Positions 11,404 to 20,849 of a stretch of 24,000 nt of DNA are shown here, one piece after another (within the stretch, counting starts at the first letter, position 1; every line of letters starts with the position of its first letter). Position numbers and translations under genes: made by a program. Source of the stretch: Promethearchaeota archaeon (GTDB lineage Archaea; Asgardarchaeota; Lokiarchaeia; Sigyniarchaeales; SOKP01). Under the pieces are notes generated by a model. That model had not been told where the DNA came from, searched no databases, and worked only from the letters and a program-made list of their open reading frames with translations. Where the stretch lies: assembly GCA_029838195.1 (NCBI GenBank), contig JALGVJ010000020.1, positions 22,240-46,239 of the forward strand, written 5' to 3'.

Positions 11404-11778
11404 CTTTTTATCCCATTTATTTTATTTTAATTATTTTAATTTATTTTTTGGATGCTCCAAAAAATTTTACGTGTTTAGAATTTATTATATAAAAGGAAAG
11501 ATATATTCTTATTTTTAATTCTTCATTTCATCTCGATCGAGCAAAGACCCATGGAGCTCATTCCCGATAGTTTAGGCTCATGAATATTAGGAACTCTTCA
11601 ATTAGGTTCCAAATTTTTTAAGTACAATTCATTACATCGCACCTTCTAAATAGCATCCTATTGGCATGCCCATTCATGGTACCCTAAGCTAGCGTGAAAG
11701 AAGGAAGGAATTACGTGGATTTTTTAATCTTTTTCTCGAATGCATTCATTGACCAAGCATTTTTAATGGTGATATAAA

Positions 11779-11997
11779 ATGTTAGAATCTTCCTCGTTAA
11801 ACAAAAAAAGGAAAAAAAGAATGATTAAAAATGCCCGATGGATTGAATATGATGATGATTATACGAAAGAGCTTTGTCCTAATTGCTTTCAAGCTCTACA
11901 AGAGAACCATAATGTTCTTTTTTCAAAAGGATGGTTGAACAAAAAGGAATTCATCCAATGCGAAAATTGCGGGTATGTCATGTGTAGAAAACCATGA
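11779..11997 (+). CDS. Small zinc-ribbon protein (72 aa; alternative start ATG 11821)
   Basis: CPNC ... CENCG cysteine pairs. No family was recognised. The stop is TGA at 11995-11997. Confidence 0.4.
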   Translation: MLESSSLNKKRKKRMIKNARWIEYDDDYTKELCPNCFQALQENHNVLFSKGWLNKKEFIQCENCGYVMCRKP

Positions 11998-12072
11998 AAT
12001 TTTGCGTGGAACCGGCTATAAAGGTGCATCTAGTCCCTCATCTCCACATCATGGATCAAGATGCCATGATAT

Positions 12073-12594
12073 TCATTTTCTATGAAAGTATTTAATTTCC
12101 GCATGAATGGTGGTACCAATCGTTAAAAGGGCGTAAGAAGTTGGCTCTCCAAACGTTCCCTCCTCCACGTATCCTTTTCCCGGATTTACTATTAAGATTC
12201 CATTTTTCGTTGTTATTTTAGCTTCATGAGTGTGTCCATAAAGGATTATATCAGGATTCATTTTCTTCAATTTGAACAATACTCTTTTTTCCGTAGATTT
12301 CAAATCTCCTCCCTCAACTGGATGCGTGAAGCAGATCTTTTTTCTACGGATGGTTAGTTCATTTATAGGAGGAAGACGCTCTCGAATGCTGAGCGGATCA
12401 GCATTTCCATGTACTCCTAAAAAATGATTTTTTTTCTCATTAGAAAGGAGAGAGACCAAGAACGGAGAGATATAATCTCCCACGTGAACCACCCAATCGG
12501 CCCTTTTTATTGCTCTCATCATTTCCAAGGGCAAGGGTTCACATGCTCGCAAGTGAGTATCTCCCATGACGATGATATTTATTTCAGGAGACAT
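12073..12594 (-). CDS. YfcE/MJ0936-type metallophosphoesterase
   Basis: Calcineurin-like phosphoesterase motifs occur in canonical order: GDTH, HVGD, GNAD, GHTH. The protein is 173 aa. Confidence 0.85.
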   Translation of the reverse strand: MSPEINIIVMGDTHLRACEPLPLEMMRAIKRADWVVHVGDYISPFLVSLLSNEKKNHFLGVHGNADPLSIRERLPPINELTIRRKKICFTHPVEGGDLKSTEKRVLFKLKKMNPDIILYGHTHEAKITTKNGILIVNPGKGYVEEGTFGEPTSYALLTIGTTIHAEIKYFHRK

Positions 12595-12735
12595 GACGTT
12601 AAAACGGCTCTTTGAGTTTAATACAATGTTGCTTGAATTGCAACAAAATTCTATAAGAATAAAATAACGTGAAAAAATTAAAATAAAGCGGTAAAAGTTT
12701 TTGGAATTGGAAAGTGGAGTTAAAAAAAAGCCTCA

Positions 12736-13764
12736 TTATTCGACCTTAACCACCCAACCATATTTATCTTCTTTTTCTAATCTTTGGATGCCCGTGAGGA
12801 GATCATATAATTTCACCGTGATTTCTCCCGGTTCTCTGTTATTAAACACGCGTTTTTTCTCATTAAGCGTGATGGATGCAATAGGCGTGATGACCGCAGC
12901 AGTTCCCGTACAGAACGCCTCCGTACATCGATCCTCAAACACCTCTTCGTAAGAAATATCGCGCTCTTCGATGTCCATGCCAAGTTCTCTGGACGCCAAT
13001 TCTAAAACAGATTTTCTCGTTATACCCGGCAGAATCGTGCCCGTTAACTTAGGTGTGGCTAACTTCCCATCAATCACGGCAAAAAAATTTGCCGTGCCCA
13101 CTTCATCAATGTATCTTTTATGAACTGCATCTAAATAAATGATTTGAGCAAACCCTTTCTCCTTTGTCTCCTTGGCAGGCTTCATCGTGCCCGCATAATT
13201 ACAACACGTTTTAGCATATCCCGTGCCACCGGGGGCAGCTCTCGTATATTTTAAAGAGATCTCTAAATCAATGCCTTTAAATCCTTCGGGAAAATAGGGT
13301 CCCACCGGAACTGTAAAAATAATTAATTTATACTCCTTAGCGGGTGCCACCCCCAAAATGGGACCATTTCCAATAATGATCGGACGGATGTATAATGCAC
13401 CCCCACTATCAGCTGGCGGCACGTATTGCTTATTCGCTTTTACCACTTGTTTAACGGCCTCTATGAACGTCTCCTCATCATATGATGGAATTAACATTCG
13501 CTCTGCACTTTCATTTAATCTCTTCGCATTCTCTCCGGGTCGAAATAAAACAATTTCCCCATCCTTAGTTTTTAAGGCTTTCATGCCTTCAAAAATCCCT
13601 TGCCCATAATTTAATATGCAAGCCCCAGGAGAAATCTCAAAAGAACCAAAAGGAACTAATTTCCCTTCACTCCACGTCCCTTCTTTATAATCCACCACGT
13701 ACATGGTCTCCGTTTCAATGAACTCAAACCCCAGATTATAAAAGTCAATATCTTCTGCTTTCAT
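12736..13764 (-). CDS. ilvE: Branched-chain amino acid aminotransferase (fold-type IV)
   Basis: Long-form BCAT pattern: GQGIFEGMKA, YIRPIIIG, GGTGYAKTCCNYAG (the AK-x-x-x-NY lysine motif), GTANFF, ILPGITR. Confidence 0.9.
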   Translation of the reverse strand: MKAEDIDFYNLGFEFIETETMYVVDYKEGTWSEGKLVPFGSFEISPGACILNYGQGIFEGMKALKTKDGEIVLFRPGENAKRLNESAERMLIPSYDEETFIEAVKQVVKANKQYVPPADSGGALYIRPIIIGNGPILGVAPAKEYKLIIFTVPVGPYFPEGFKGIDLEISLKYTRAAPGGTGYAKTCCNYAGTMKPAKETKEKGFAQIIYLDAVHKRYIDEVGTANFFAVIDGKLATPKLTGTILPGITRKSVLELASRELGMDIEERDISYEEVFEDRCTEAFCTGTAAVITPIASITLNEKKRVFNNREPGEITVKLYDLLTGIQRLEKEDKYGWVVKVE

Positions 13765-14085
13765 TTTTCATGCTTTCCTTTTCTTTTTTAAAATGAAAAT
13801 GAAACGATTGTAAAAAAATTTTTTTTAATTCAGGGAATTATTCTTAGCTTCTCCCATTTCTGAAAACCAAATTCTCCCACGACTCGCCTCTTAAAATGTC
13901 CAAAAACACCCTTCAAATAAAGCGTGACTTTCATTTTCATAAAATCATAAACTTATTATGAAATAACATGTATAATTACCATGATTCTCATGATTCACCA
14001 TGACCCCTCAATGCCCATTGATAATATCTGGCCTTTCGATAATACCCATCAATTCACCAGCACGAAAATGGAAAGGAACCAGAAC

Positions 14086-14093
14086 TTTAAATA
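14086..14093 (+). promoter_or_regulatory. TATA box (TTTAAATA) for tRNA-Cys
   Basis: Matches the archaeal box-A consensus and lies 28-35 nt upstream of tRNA position 1 (14121), preceded by a purine-rich BRE-like stretch. Confidence 0.45.
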
Positions 14094-14120
14094 TTGCACT
14101 GAATTGGCATTAAAAACCGA

Positions 14121-14196
14121 GCCAGAGTAGCTTAGCCTGGTTGAGCGTCAGCCTGCAGAGTTGATGACGGGAGTTCGAATCTCTCCTCTGGCTCCA
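14121..14196 (+). tRNA. tRNA-Cys (GCA), no intron, CCA encoded
   Basis: Folded by hand. Acceptor stem is GCCAGAG/CTCTGGC (7 bp). D arm is GCTT-AGCCTGGTT-GAGC. Anticodon stem is TCAGC/GTTGA with loop CT-GCA-GA. Variable region is TGAC. T arm is GGGAG-TTCGAAT-CTCTC. The discriminator is U73 (the Cys identity element), followed by CCA at 14194-14196. Confidence 0.92.
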
Positions 14197-14435
14197 CTAA
14201 TTATTCTATAAAAAATCTCACCCACCTCTAGATTATCTCACGGTAGATCAATTTTTAAGGCGATATAAATAGGATAGTGATTAATGATTTTTTTTACCGA
14301 TTCTCCAAAAATGAATCTTCGATGCGATATAAATAAAATTAAATTACATAAATATTATTATAATATTAAAAACGTACCATGAAATGATTGAATGGTGCTT
14401 TTGGATATAAAAAATAATTAATTCGAGAACATATC

Positions 14436-16178
14436 ATGGTTGAGGAATACGATTTTCTCTTTAAATGCATAGTCGTGGGCGATGGAGGCGTCGGAAAGAC
14501 TGCACTAACAATAAGATTTTCCCAAGGATTTTTTGCTGAAGATTATAAAATGACTATTGGTGTTGATTTTAAGGTTAAAACAATTTCGGTATACGATCCA
14601 AATGGAAATCCGATTCGAGCTAAATTACAAATATGGGATACCGGCGGTCAAGAACGATTTGCGTCTATTCGTCCGATGTATTACCGAGGGGCATTAGGGG
14701 CCTTATTAATTTTTGATTTGACGTCCTATGAAAGTTTTGAGCACTTGCCAAGATGGATCGAAGAAATTCGGGCAAATACGAGTACTGAGATTCCTTTATT
14801 ATTAGTAGGAAATAAAAGTGATTTGGAGGAATCAAGAGCGGTAAGTCCGGAAGAAATTAATGAATTTACCCAAAAATTTAACTTGTTTTACATGGAAACT
14901 TCTGCAAAAACAGGAGCTGGGGTTGGAGATTGTTTTTATATCTTAGCATGCCTCATGATTGGTCAAGGCGTTCCCGAAAAATTAATTGCAGATAATACCG
15001 TCTTCAAACCGGGAGAAATTACAACCGTAGCGGCACCAAGAATACCGGAAGCCGACCTTTCCTACGCAGAGCCTTCTTTTGAGGAAGAATTTCAAGAAGA
15101 ATCTCTTGTTCCAACTCCCGAAAAATTTGATGAATCTCCCTCTCTTGAGAACGAATCATTAGTTCCAGAACCTTTTCAAGAAATACCTTCTGAACCCCCC
15201 CTTTCTAACATGGAGGCAGAACCAAGCAATTCCCCGCCTGCTCCTCCTTCTATGGACGAATCTACCCCGACTTTTACTAAAGCTCCTACTGAATCAATAA
15301 TGCCTACTTCTTCACTTACACCTCCCCCTACCCTTCCATCTCCGGAATCAAAGATTGAACCCTATAAGGAAAGTCTTGCTCCAGCAGCATCTGGCTTAAA
15401 AGAAACAAGTGATTTTACACCCCTTCCTACTCTTCCAAAAACTTCAGAAGGAGAAAAATATAAACCAAAAGTCATTCCATTTTCCCCTAAAACACCTACT
15501 CCCGTACCACCTCCTAAAGATTTCGTGAGACCCGTGGTAGAAGAGTCTCCGATGGAGGAATCCAAAGAAAGGACTCCTTTTATTATACCTCCTTCTAAAA
15601 AAACAGAAGAAACACCTTCTTCCTCGTTGCCATTCATGAACAGGTCCGTACCTGTCGCAGAAGCTCCTTCTGAATCGAAAGAGAGAGAATCTCCCTTAGA
15701 ATTCGCTTCATCAAAAGAAATTTCAAAAAAAGAAAAGAAAAAAAAGGCCAAGAAGAAAAAGAAAGAAGGAAAGGAGAAAAAAATGAAAGAAGAAATCCCA
15801 GAAAAGCCAGTGTTCTTTGATGCTATTGAAAGCACCATCAAACAAAAAGAAGTCCGAAAACCTGATCTTTCAAAACCAAAAAGCTCACTATTCGAAACCT
15901 TGACTCAAAAATCCGAAAGCCCCATTCCAGAAAAACCATCCTTCTTTCAGGAAATTTCACGACAAGCCACTACTCCGAAAAAAGAATTTAAATTAGAAGT
16001 CATACCTTCTCCGGAAGAACCGGGATTAACTCCTCCCCCAAGCCCGGCATCATCCTTTCCTTCCATGCAAGAAAGAAGAGAAAAACAACCGGAGGATATA
16101 GTAATTTGTAGCAATTGCGGTGCTATTCTATCAAGAGATTACATGTATTGCAATAAGTGTGGAAGTAAGTTAGGGTAA
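14436..16178 (+). CDS. Rab-like small GTPase (aa 1-178) fused to a ~380-aa Pro/Glu/Ser/Lys-rich disordered region and a C-terminal zinc ribbon
   Basis: G1 is GDGGVGKT (aa 15-22). Switch-I is TIGVDF (RabF1-like). KLQIWDTGGQERF covers G3 plus a RabF2-like block. YYRGA is present. G4 is GNKSDL and G5 is ETSAK. There is no CAAX/CC prenylation end. The protein ends instead with C558-x2-C-x10-C-x2-C575-GSKLG. Confidence 0.9.
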   Translation: MVEEYDFLFKCIVVGDGGVGKTALTIRFSQGFFAEDYKMTIGVDFKVKTISVYDPNGNPIRAKLQIWDTGGQERFASIRPMYYRGALGALLIFDLTSYESFEHLPRWIEEIRANTSTEIPLLLVGNKSDLEESRAVSPEEINEFTQKFNLFYMETSAKTGAGVGDCFYILACLMIGQGVPEKLIADNTVFKPGEITTVAAPRIPEADLSYAEPSFEEEFQEESLVPTPEKFDESPSLENESLVPEPFQEIPSEPPLSNMEAEPSNSPPAPPSMDESTPTFTKAPTESIMPTSSLTPPPTLPSPESKIEPYKESLAPAASGLKETSDFTPLPTLPKTSEGEKYKPKVIPFSPKTPTPVPPPKDFVRPVVEESPMEESKERTPFIIPPSKKTEETPSSSLPFMNRSVPVAEAPSESKERESPLEFASSKEISKKEKKKKAKKKKKEGKEKKMKEEIPEKPVFFDAIESTIKQKEVRKPDLSKPKSSLFETLTQKSESPIPEKPSFFQEISRQATTPKKEFKLEVIPSPEEPGLTPPPSPASSFPSMQERREKQPEDIVICSNCGAILSRDYMYCNKCGSKLG

Positions 16179-16372
16179 TTTCTTCTTTAAAAGCATTAGT
16201 TTTTTCTAACTAAACCAAGTCTACCATTGTAATTATTAATATTTTCTTTTTTCAATAGCTTCTTTTCAATAGGAAGAAAAACATTCTTTTTTATTAAAAT
16301 AAATTTATTTTTAGAACACGTGAATAAGGAGATCATGAATTAAAGTTTCTATTTAACAAAATTTCAAAAAGA

Positions 16373-17050
16373 TTAGCCTTGTTTAAATCCGCAAATGGGG
16401 CATATGGACAACATTTTATTAATTTTTGAATTGCAATTCGGGCAGATTTTTAGCCCCAACTCTCCTTTTACTTTTGGTTTTGGAAATGATGAGTCCTCGC
16501 TCTCTGGTTTTTGAAAAAAAAGATCTCCTCGTAGAATGTCATTTTTGGCAAGTGTTGCCGGTGGTGATGCCGTAGTGGAGAATGGGGGAGATGGGGCTGA
16601 TTTGCTGTCTGCTTCTCCTACCGTGTAGTAAAAATATTTATTATCGTTATTCTCGATTATTTTTTCTCCCGTTGATAGATGTACTTCAATGTAATAAATA
16701 ATTACGGCTCCTAAGGGAACATCGGGTATCTCAGCGAGGTAATAATCTTCTTTGTTCAGCATGACTACTTGGTACCACGACTTTCCTTGATCCACGCTGA
16801 AAATTAATTGTACTTTTTCAATAGAGGGCTCAAACTCTTCTTCCGAAATTTTTGCGATGATTTTAATGTTCTTTTTAGGGATTTGTTTTTTCTTTTTCTC
16901 CTCTTCTAACAATGCCTCATCCCAAGGAGTATGGCAATAGGGGCAGCTAGTAAACCAATTAGGATATTCTTTTTGACACTTTGAACAGGTTTTGGTATAA
17001 TAGCGAGCTGTTTTGATGCCCAAATCTCTCTTTTTCTTCTCTTTTACCAT
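16373..17050 (-). CDS. Double zinc-ribbon protein with central beta-rich domain and Pro/Ser linker (hypothetical)
   Basis: N-terminal C22-x2-C-x10-C-x2-C39 and C-terminal C203-x2-C-x10-C-x2-C220. The central segment (VQLIFSVDQGKSWYQVVML...VIIYYIEVHLSTGEKI) looks like a beta-sandwich. No family was recognised. Confidence 0.5.
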   Translation of the reverse strand: MVKEKKKRDLGIKTARYYTKTCSKCQKEYPNWFTSCPYCHTPWDEALLEEEKKKKQIPKKNIKIIAKISEEEFEPSIEKVQLIFSVDQGKSWYQVVMLNKEDYYLAEIPDVPLGAVIIYYIEVHLSTGEKIIENNDNKYFYYTVGEADSKSAPSPPFSTTASPPATLAKNDILRGDLFFQKPESEDSSFPKPKVKGELGLKICPNCNSKINKMLSICPICGFKQG

Positions 17051-17151
17051 GAATGATTCGGTGGCTTTACGATAAATAGTTATAAAATATTTAAGAAACT
17101 TAACTCTTAAATATTTATTAGTCCATGAGAAATTAAAGTTTTTGGAACATC

Positions 17152-17760
17152 ATGAAGGTCGATCGAGAACACGTGAAAGCGATTTTAGAAGCCATTCATC
17201 TATTATTGGAACTCAAGGTGCTCATCAGGAATAATGTACCCAATTATGAATTTGATGATAAAGAGGCAAGAACCTTTTCCAAATTAATTTCTTCTCTACA
17301 AGAACTTCTTGAACCGCTTTTTCTGGCATATGGACGATTTGAAAATATGGAAAAAGAAAGAGAGGAAGCAAAGAAGGAGATTATCTTGAATCTGGAGGAT
17401 TTCAAAACCACCCCAAATCTCATTCTCATCTCTTCAAACGCCGTGAAAAAAAAATTGAAGAAAATGGGGGTGGATCCCCGAAAATTAATTGCAACCGGAG
17501 GACCTTTCTTTTTTGAGGATTATAAAAAGATTAATCCGTCACTCACTCCTCAAGCGATCAAGAGCATTGAAAAAAAATGTCAAAACTTGATTAATCAACT
17601 AAAAAGGGAAAAATGGAAAAATAAAGATTTGATTTTCATTCAAGAAGAAAACAATCCCACGGACGCCTTAATTTTGGAAAGAATTCACGATATTTCTACT
17701 CTCATTGGAAAGGAAGTAAAAGTAATCAAGATAAAATCTTGGTCCTTACTTGATCAATGA
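17152..17760 (+). CDS. Hypothetical protein (202 aa)
   Basis: ATG start and normal composition. It is divergent from 16373..17050 across a palindromic AT-rich promoter region. No motif was recognised. Confidence 0.45.
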   Translation: MKVDREHVKAILEAIHLLLELKVLIRNNVPNYEFDDKEARTFSKLISSLQELLEPLFLAYGRFENMEKEREEAKKEIILNLEDFKTTPNLILISSNAVKKKLKKMGVDPRKLIATGGPFFFEDYKKINPSLTPQAIKSIEKKCQNLINQLKREKWKNKDLIFIQEENNPTDALILERIHDISTLIGKEVKVIKIKSWSLLDQ

Positions 17761-17900
17761 ATAATAGAAAGATATCTTCTCATTCCTCTAAAAATTCTCT
17801 TTTATAAAATATTATTTAGATTCAAATGTTTTATTGATCCCTAATCTTTCCTAAAGTTATTATAAAAAATGGTATTTGTTGAAAAAGCCGTAGATTTCGT

Positions 17901-18215
17901 TCAAATGAATCGATTTTTGTCTCTTTTATCATATTTTTTAATCACGTTGTTTAAATATGCCGTTAAATCGATTTTATAATGGTTAGCAAGACATATAATG
18001 GAAAACATTAAATCCGCTAATTCCTCTCCCAAAGAAGATGGGACTTCCGAGGCTTTTTTTGGCTTGAAACCTTCTAGATGATTAATTTCCCGAGCAATCT
18101 CTCCTAGTTCCTCCATGATTGACACAACCATGGAGAGAGGCGGCCAATATCCTCCATGGGACGCGATCCACTCATCAATTTTCGCTTGAAATTCTTTTAG
18201 GGTTTTACAATTCAT
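17901..18215 (-). CDS. MazG-like nucleoside triphosphate pyrophosphohydrolase (all-alpha NTP-PPase)
   Basis: EELGEIAREI and GEELADLMFSIICLAN supply the EExxE...ExxD metal-binding motifs. The 104-aa size is typical of the single-domain MazG/YpjD type. Confidence 0.75.
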   Translation of the reverse strand: MNCKTLKEFQAKIDEWIASHGGYWPPLSMVVSIMEELGEIAREINHLEGFKPKKASEVPSSLGEELADLMFSIICLANHYKIDLTAYLNNVIKKYDKRDKNRFI

Positions 18216-18409
18216 TACATGTTAGTAAAAGGGTAAAATAAAATTATACCTAATGATTTTTGCTCCTCAAGAGGAGAGAGCCACTCAAGGACACCAATCT
18301 CCATGAAATTATTAATTCTCGTTTAATCATGATGATATTCTCAATATATTTATTGTAAAAATGCCGACTTAAAAATGAAAAATCTTGGGAGAAATACATC
18401 GACTAAAGA

Positions 18410-18766
18410 TTAAAATTGATACACGGCCACCGTAAAAATCGCGAAAAGGCAAAAAATAAATTCTCCTAGGATCCAATCTAAAAATAATTGACGGATAGCG
18501 AAAATATTGTTTTTCATTTTTGTTTCCAATCCAAAACATAAAGCACTGGACGTGCCCGTGAAAATGATGAATGAAAAAGAGATGGCATCCAATTTAAGTT
18601 CAATGAGCTCTAAAGCTGCATCAAAAAGCCCCCATGTGCCTAAAATGACTCCTACAATAATTAAAAAAAACCATCCTGCAATCCGGACAATTTTTATTAA
18701 AGGAGGCTCCTCTTCTTCCACGTGTTTTTTTCGTGGTCTAAGTTTTTTTTTCTTTACTTTTGACAT
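18410..18766 (-). CDS. Small membrane protein, lysine-rich N-terminus and about 3 TM helices (hypothetical)
   Basis: Hydrophobic stretches: IAGWFFLIIVGVILGTWGLF, FSFIIFTGTSSALCFGL and FIFCLFAIFTVAVY. No family was recognised. Confidence 0.45.
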   Translation of the reverse strand: MSKVKKKKLRPRKKHVEEEEPPLIKIVRIAGWFFLIIVGVILGTWGLFDAALELIELKLDAISFSFIIFTGTSSALCFGLETKMKNNIFAIRQLFLDWILGEFIFCLFAIFTVAVYQF

Positions 18767-19019
18767 TTTTACAGCAATCTCCCATGTGAGTAATTAGAAT
18801 ATAAAAATTGAGCAGAAAACCGCTTGAATTTTTAACTTTTAACGCGAATTAATGTTATAAAATATAACCTATAAATTTTTTTGATTTTACGAGTTTCTAA
18901 TAAATAATGGGATACTTTTTATTTATATATCAGCGTGTTTATTAAATTTAAATATCTGAAAGTTTATTATATTATTAAAGAAGAATCTCAAAAAAAAGTT
19001 AGGAAAAGGTTAAACCTAG

Positions 19020-20228
19020 TTGACAACCATAAAAGATAAGAAAAAAAAAGAGGAAAGTAAAGACGAGGAATACTTGATCACCTATACTCGACACTTGGAA
19101 AAGCGATTAAGAAACTTGGAAACGGAAAAACAATTATTAGATGCTGAACGCCTACGATTAGAACAAGAATTGCATAGCTTGAGAAATGAAATAGATAGAT
19201 TAAGAGAGCCCCCCTTAGTAACTGCCACGGTAATCGATGTTCTCGATGATGATGGAAGAGCCATCGTTAAAAGTTCCACCGGACCTAGTTTTGTGGTAAA
19301 TACTAGCAGGAAAGTGAGAAATGAAAAACTTGACCCCGGCATGAGGGTGGCTTTAAATCAAAGAACCTTTGCCATCATGGAAGTGCTGCCCATGAAATTA
19401 GATCCCTTAGTAAAAGGAATGGAGCTCATCGATTCCGTACCAAATGTTTCTTACAATGATGTCGGAGGACTGGATGAACAATTACAAGAAGTCAGGGAAA
19501 CTGTCGAACTACCCTTGAAACGACCTGATTTGTTTAAAAATATTGGAATTGAGCCTCCGAAAGGTGTTCTCTTACATGGTCCACCTGGTACGGGAAAAAC
19601 CTTAGTCGCTAAAGCGGTTGCTCATGAAACCGATGCAACCTTCATTAGAATCATTGGCTCCGAATTAGTGCAAAAGTTCATCGGAGAAGGCGCACGTTTG
19701 GTTCGTGAAGTGTTTAATTTAGCAAAACAAAAAGCACCGACCATCCTTTTCATTGATGAATTGGATGCCATCGGTTCTCAGCGGTTGCAAATTGCAACTT
19801 CGGGAGATCGAGAGGTTCAAAGAACCCTCATGCAACTGCTAAGTGAATTAGACGGCTTTGAACAGCGGGGAGATGTAAAAATTATTGGCGCCACTAACCG
19901 AATTGATATTTTAGATCCTGCTTTATTAAGGCCTGGAAGATTTGACCGCATCATCGAATTTCCCATTCCTTCTGAAGAAGGACGAGAAGCGATCTTTAAA
20001 ATTCATATGAGAAACTTGCGCATTGATGAGCGTGTAGATGTTAAAAAATTAGTAAGTCTTACGGAAGGGGCAACGGGAGCCGATATTAAAGCTATCTGCG
20101 TCGAAGCGGGAATGTTTGCGATTCGAAAAGAAGCACAAGTTATTACTTTTGAAGACTTTGTTGACGCAGTGAATAAAGTCATGAAAAAAGCACGAGAAAC
20201 ACCTTTAGATTCAAAATTATATTCCTAA
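19020..20228 (+). CDS. pan: Proteasome-activating nucleotidase PAN (Rpt-like AAA+ ATPase)
   Basis: N-terminal coiled coil ([26 protein letters not shown]...), an OB segment, Walker A GPPGTGKT, Walker [10 protein letters not shown], second region of homology, and a C-terminal HbYX-type end (..KLYS). TTG is the only available start upstream of the coiled coil. Confidence 0.95.
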   Translation: MTTIKDKKKKEESKDEEYLITYTRHLEKRLRNLETEKQLLDAERLRLEQELHSLRNEIDRLREPPLVTATVIDVLDDDGRAIVKSSTGPSFVVNTSRKVRNEKLDPGMRVALNQRTFAIMEVLPMKLDPLVKGMELIDSVPNVSYNDVGGLDEQLQEVRETVELPLKRPDLFKNIGIEPPKGVLLHGPPGTGKTLVAKAVAHETDATFIRIIGSELVQKFIGEGARLVREVFNLAKQKAPTILFIDELDAIGSQRLQIATSGDREVQRTLMQLLSELDGFEQRGDVKIIGATNRIDILDPALLRPGRFDRIIEFPIPSEEGREAIFKIHMRNLRIDERVDVKKLVSLTEGATGADIKAICVEAGMFAIRKEAQVITFEDFVDAVNKVMKKARETPLDSKLYS

Positions 20229-20302
20229 ATATTCTTTTTCTTGTTGGTTTTTTTCCAAATCTTTTATATTATCACTAACTACTCCATGTAAGAGGGTATA
20301 TC

Positions 20303-20788
20303 ATGGATTCCAATCATGTCCTTAATCTACGCAAGATTAAAGCAATTGCCGATTATCAATTTGGCCCCGTAATATCTAATCTCTTGTTGGATGATATGAA
20401 AAAGATTGAAATTGAACTATCAAAAAACACCAATAAAATTCGACATGTATTTTATGATGGAGAATTGTTTTTAAATTTACGCCCTCGAAATGGACTTTTT
20501 ACCCTAACATTCCTTGCGGCCCAAAAAATAATCTATAATGTTCCTCCTCCTCGATTAAGAGTAGTCGTTCAAAACAATATCTCGAAATTCATTCAAAAAG
20601 GAAGAAACGTGTTTTGCAAGCATGTTGTCAATTTAGATACCACCTTGAGACCTCGTGATGAAACCATCGTGGTGAACGAAAATGATGAATTATTAGCTCT
20701 TGGAAGACTCAAACTGCCTATAACACACGTACTCTGGTTTAAACGAGGCATTGCCGTAGATGTAAGAAAAGGAATTCTTTCAAGCTAA
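20303..20788 (+). CDS. PUA-domain RNA-binding protein (ArcTGT C-terminal-like, COG1370-type)
   Basis: The N-terminal LRKIKAIADYQFG...LNLRPRNGLFTLT and the C-terminal GRNVFCKHVV..D..LRPRDETIVVNENDELLALGRLKL...GIAVDVRKG match the PUA pattern as I recall it. Confidence 0.6.
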   Translation: MDSNHVLNLRKIKAIADYQFGPVISNLLLDDMKKIEIELSKNTNKIRHVFYDGELFLNLRPRNGLFTLTFLAAQKIIYNVPPPRLRVVVQNNISKFIQKGRNVFCKHVVNLDTTLRPRDETIVVNENDELLALGRLKLPITHVLWFKRGIAVDVRKGILSS

Positions 20789-20849
20789 AAAAATTATATT
20801 CTTTAATTACTTTTATTCATTCAAGAATAATTATAAAATGGTGTAGATA

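Noticed and set aside
18325-18340. C/D-box sRNA suggested by ATGATGA in the intergenic region between 18216 and 18409
   Set aside because: There is no D box (CTGA), no C'/D' pair and no terminal stem within ~80 nt.
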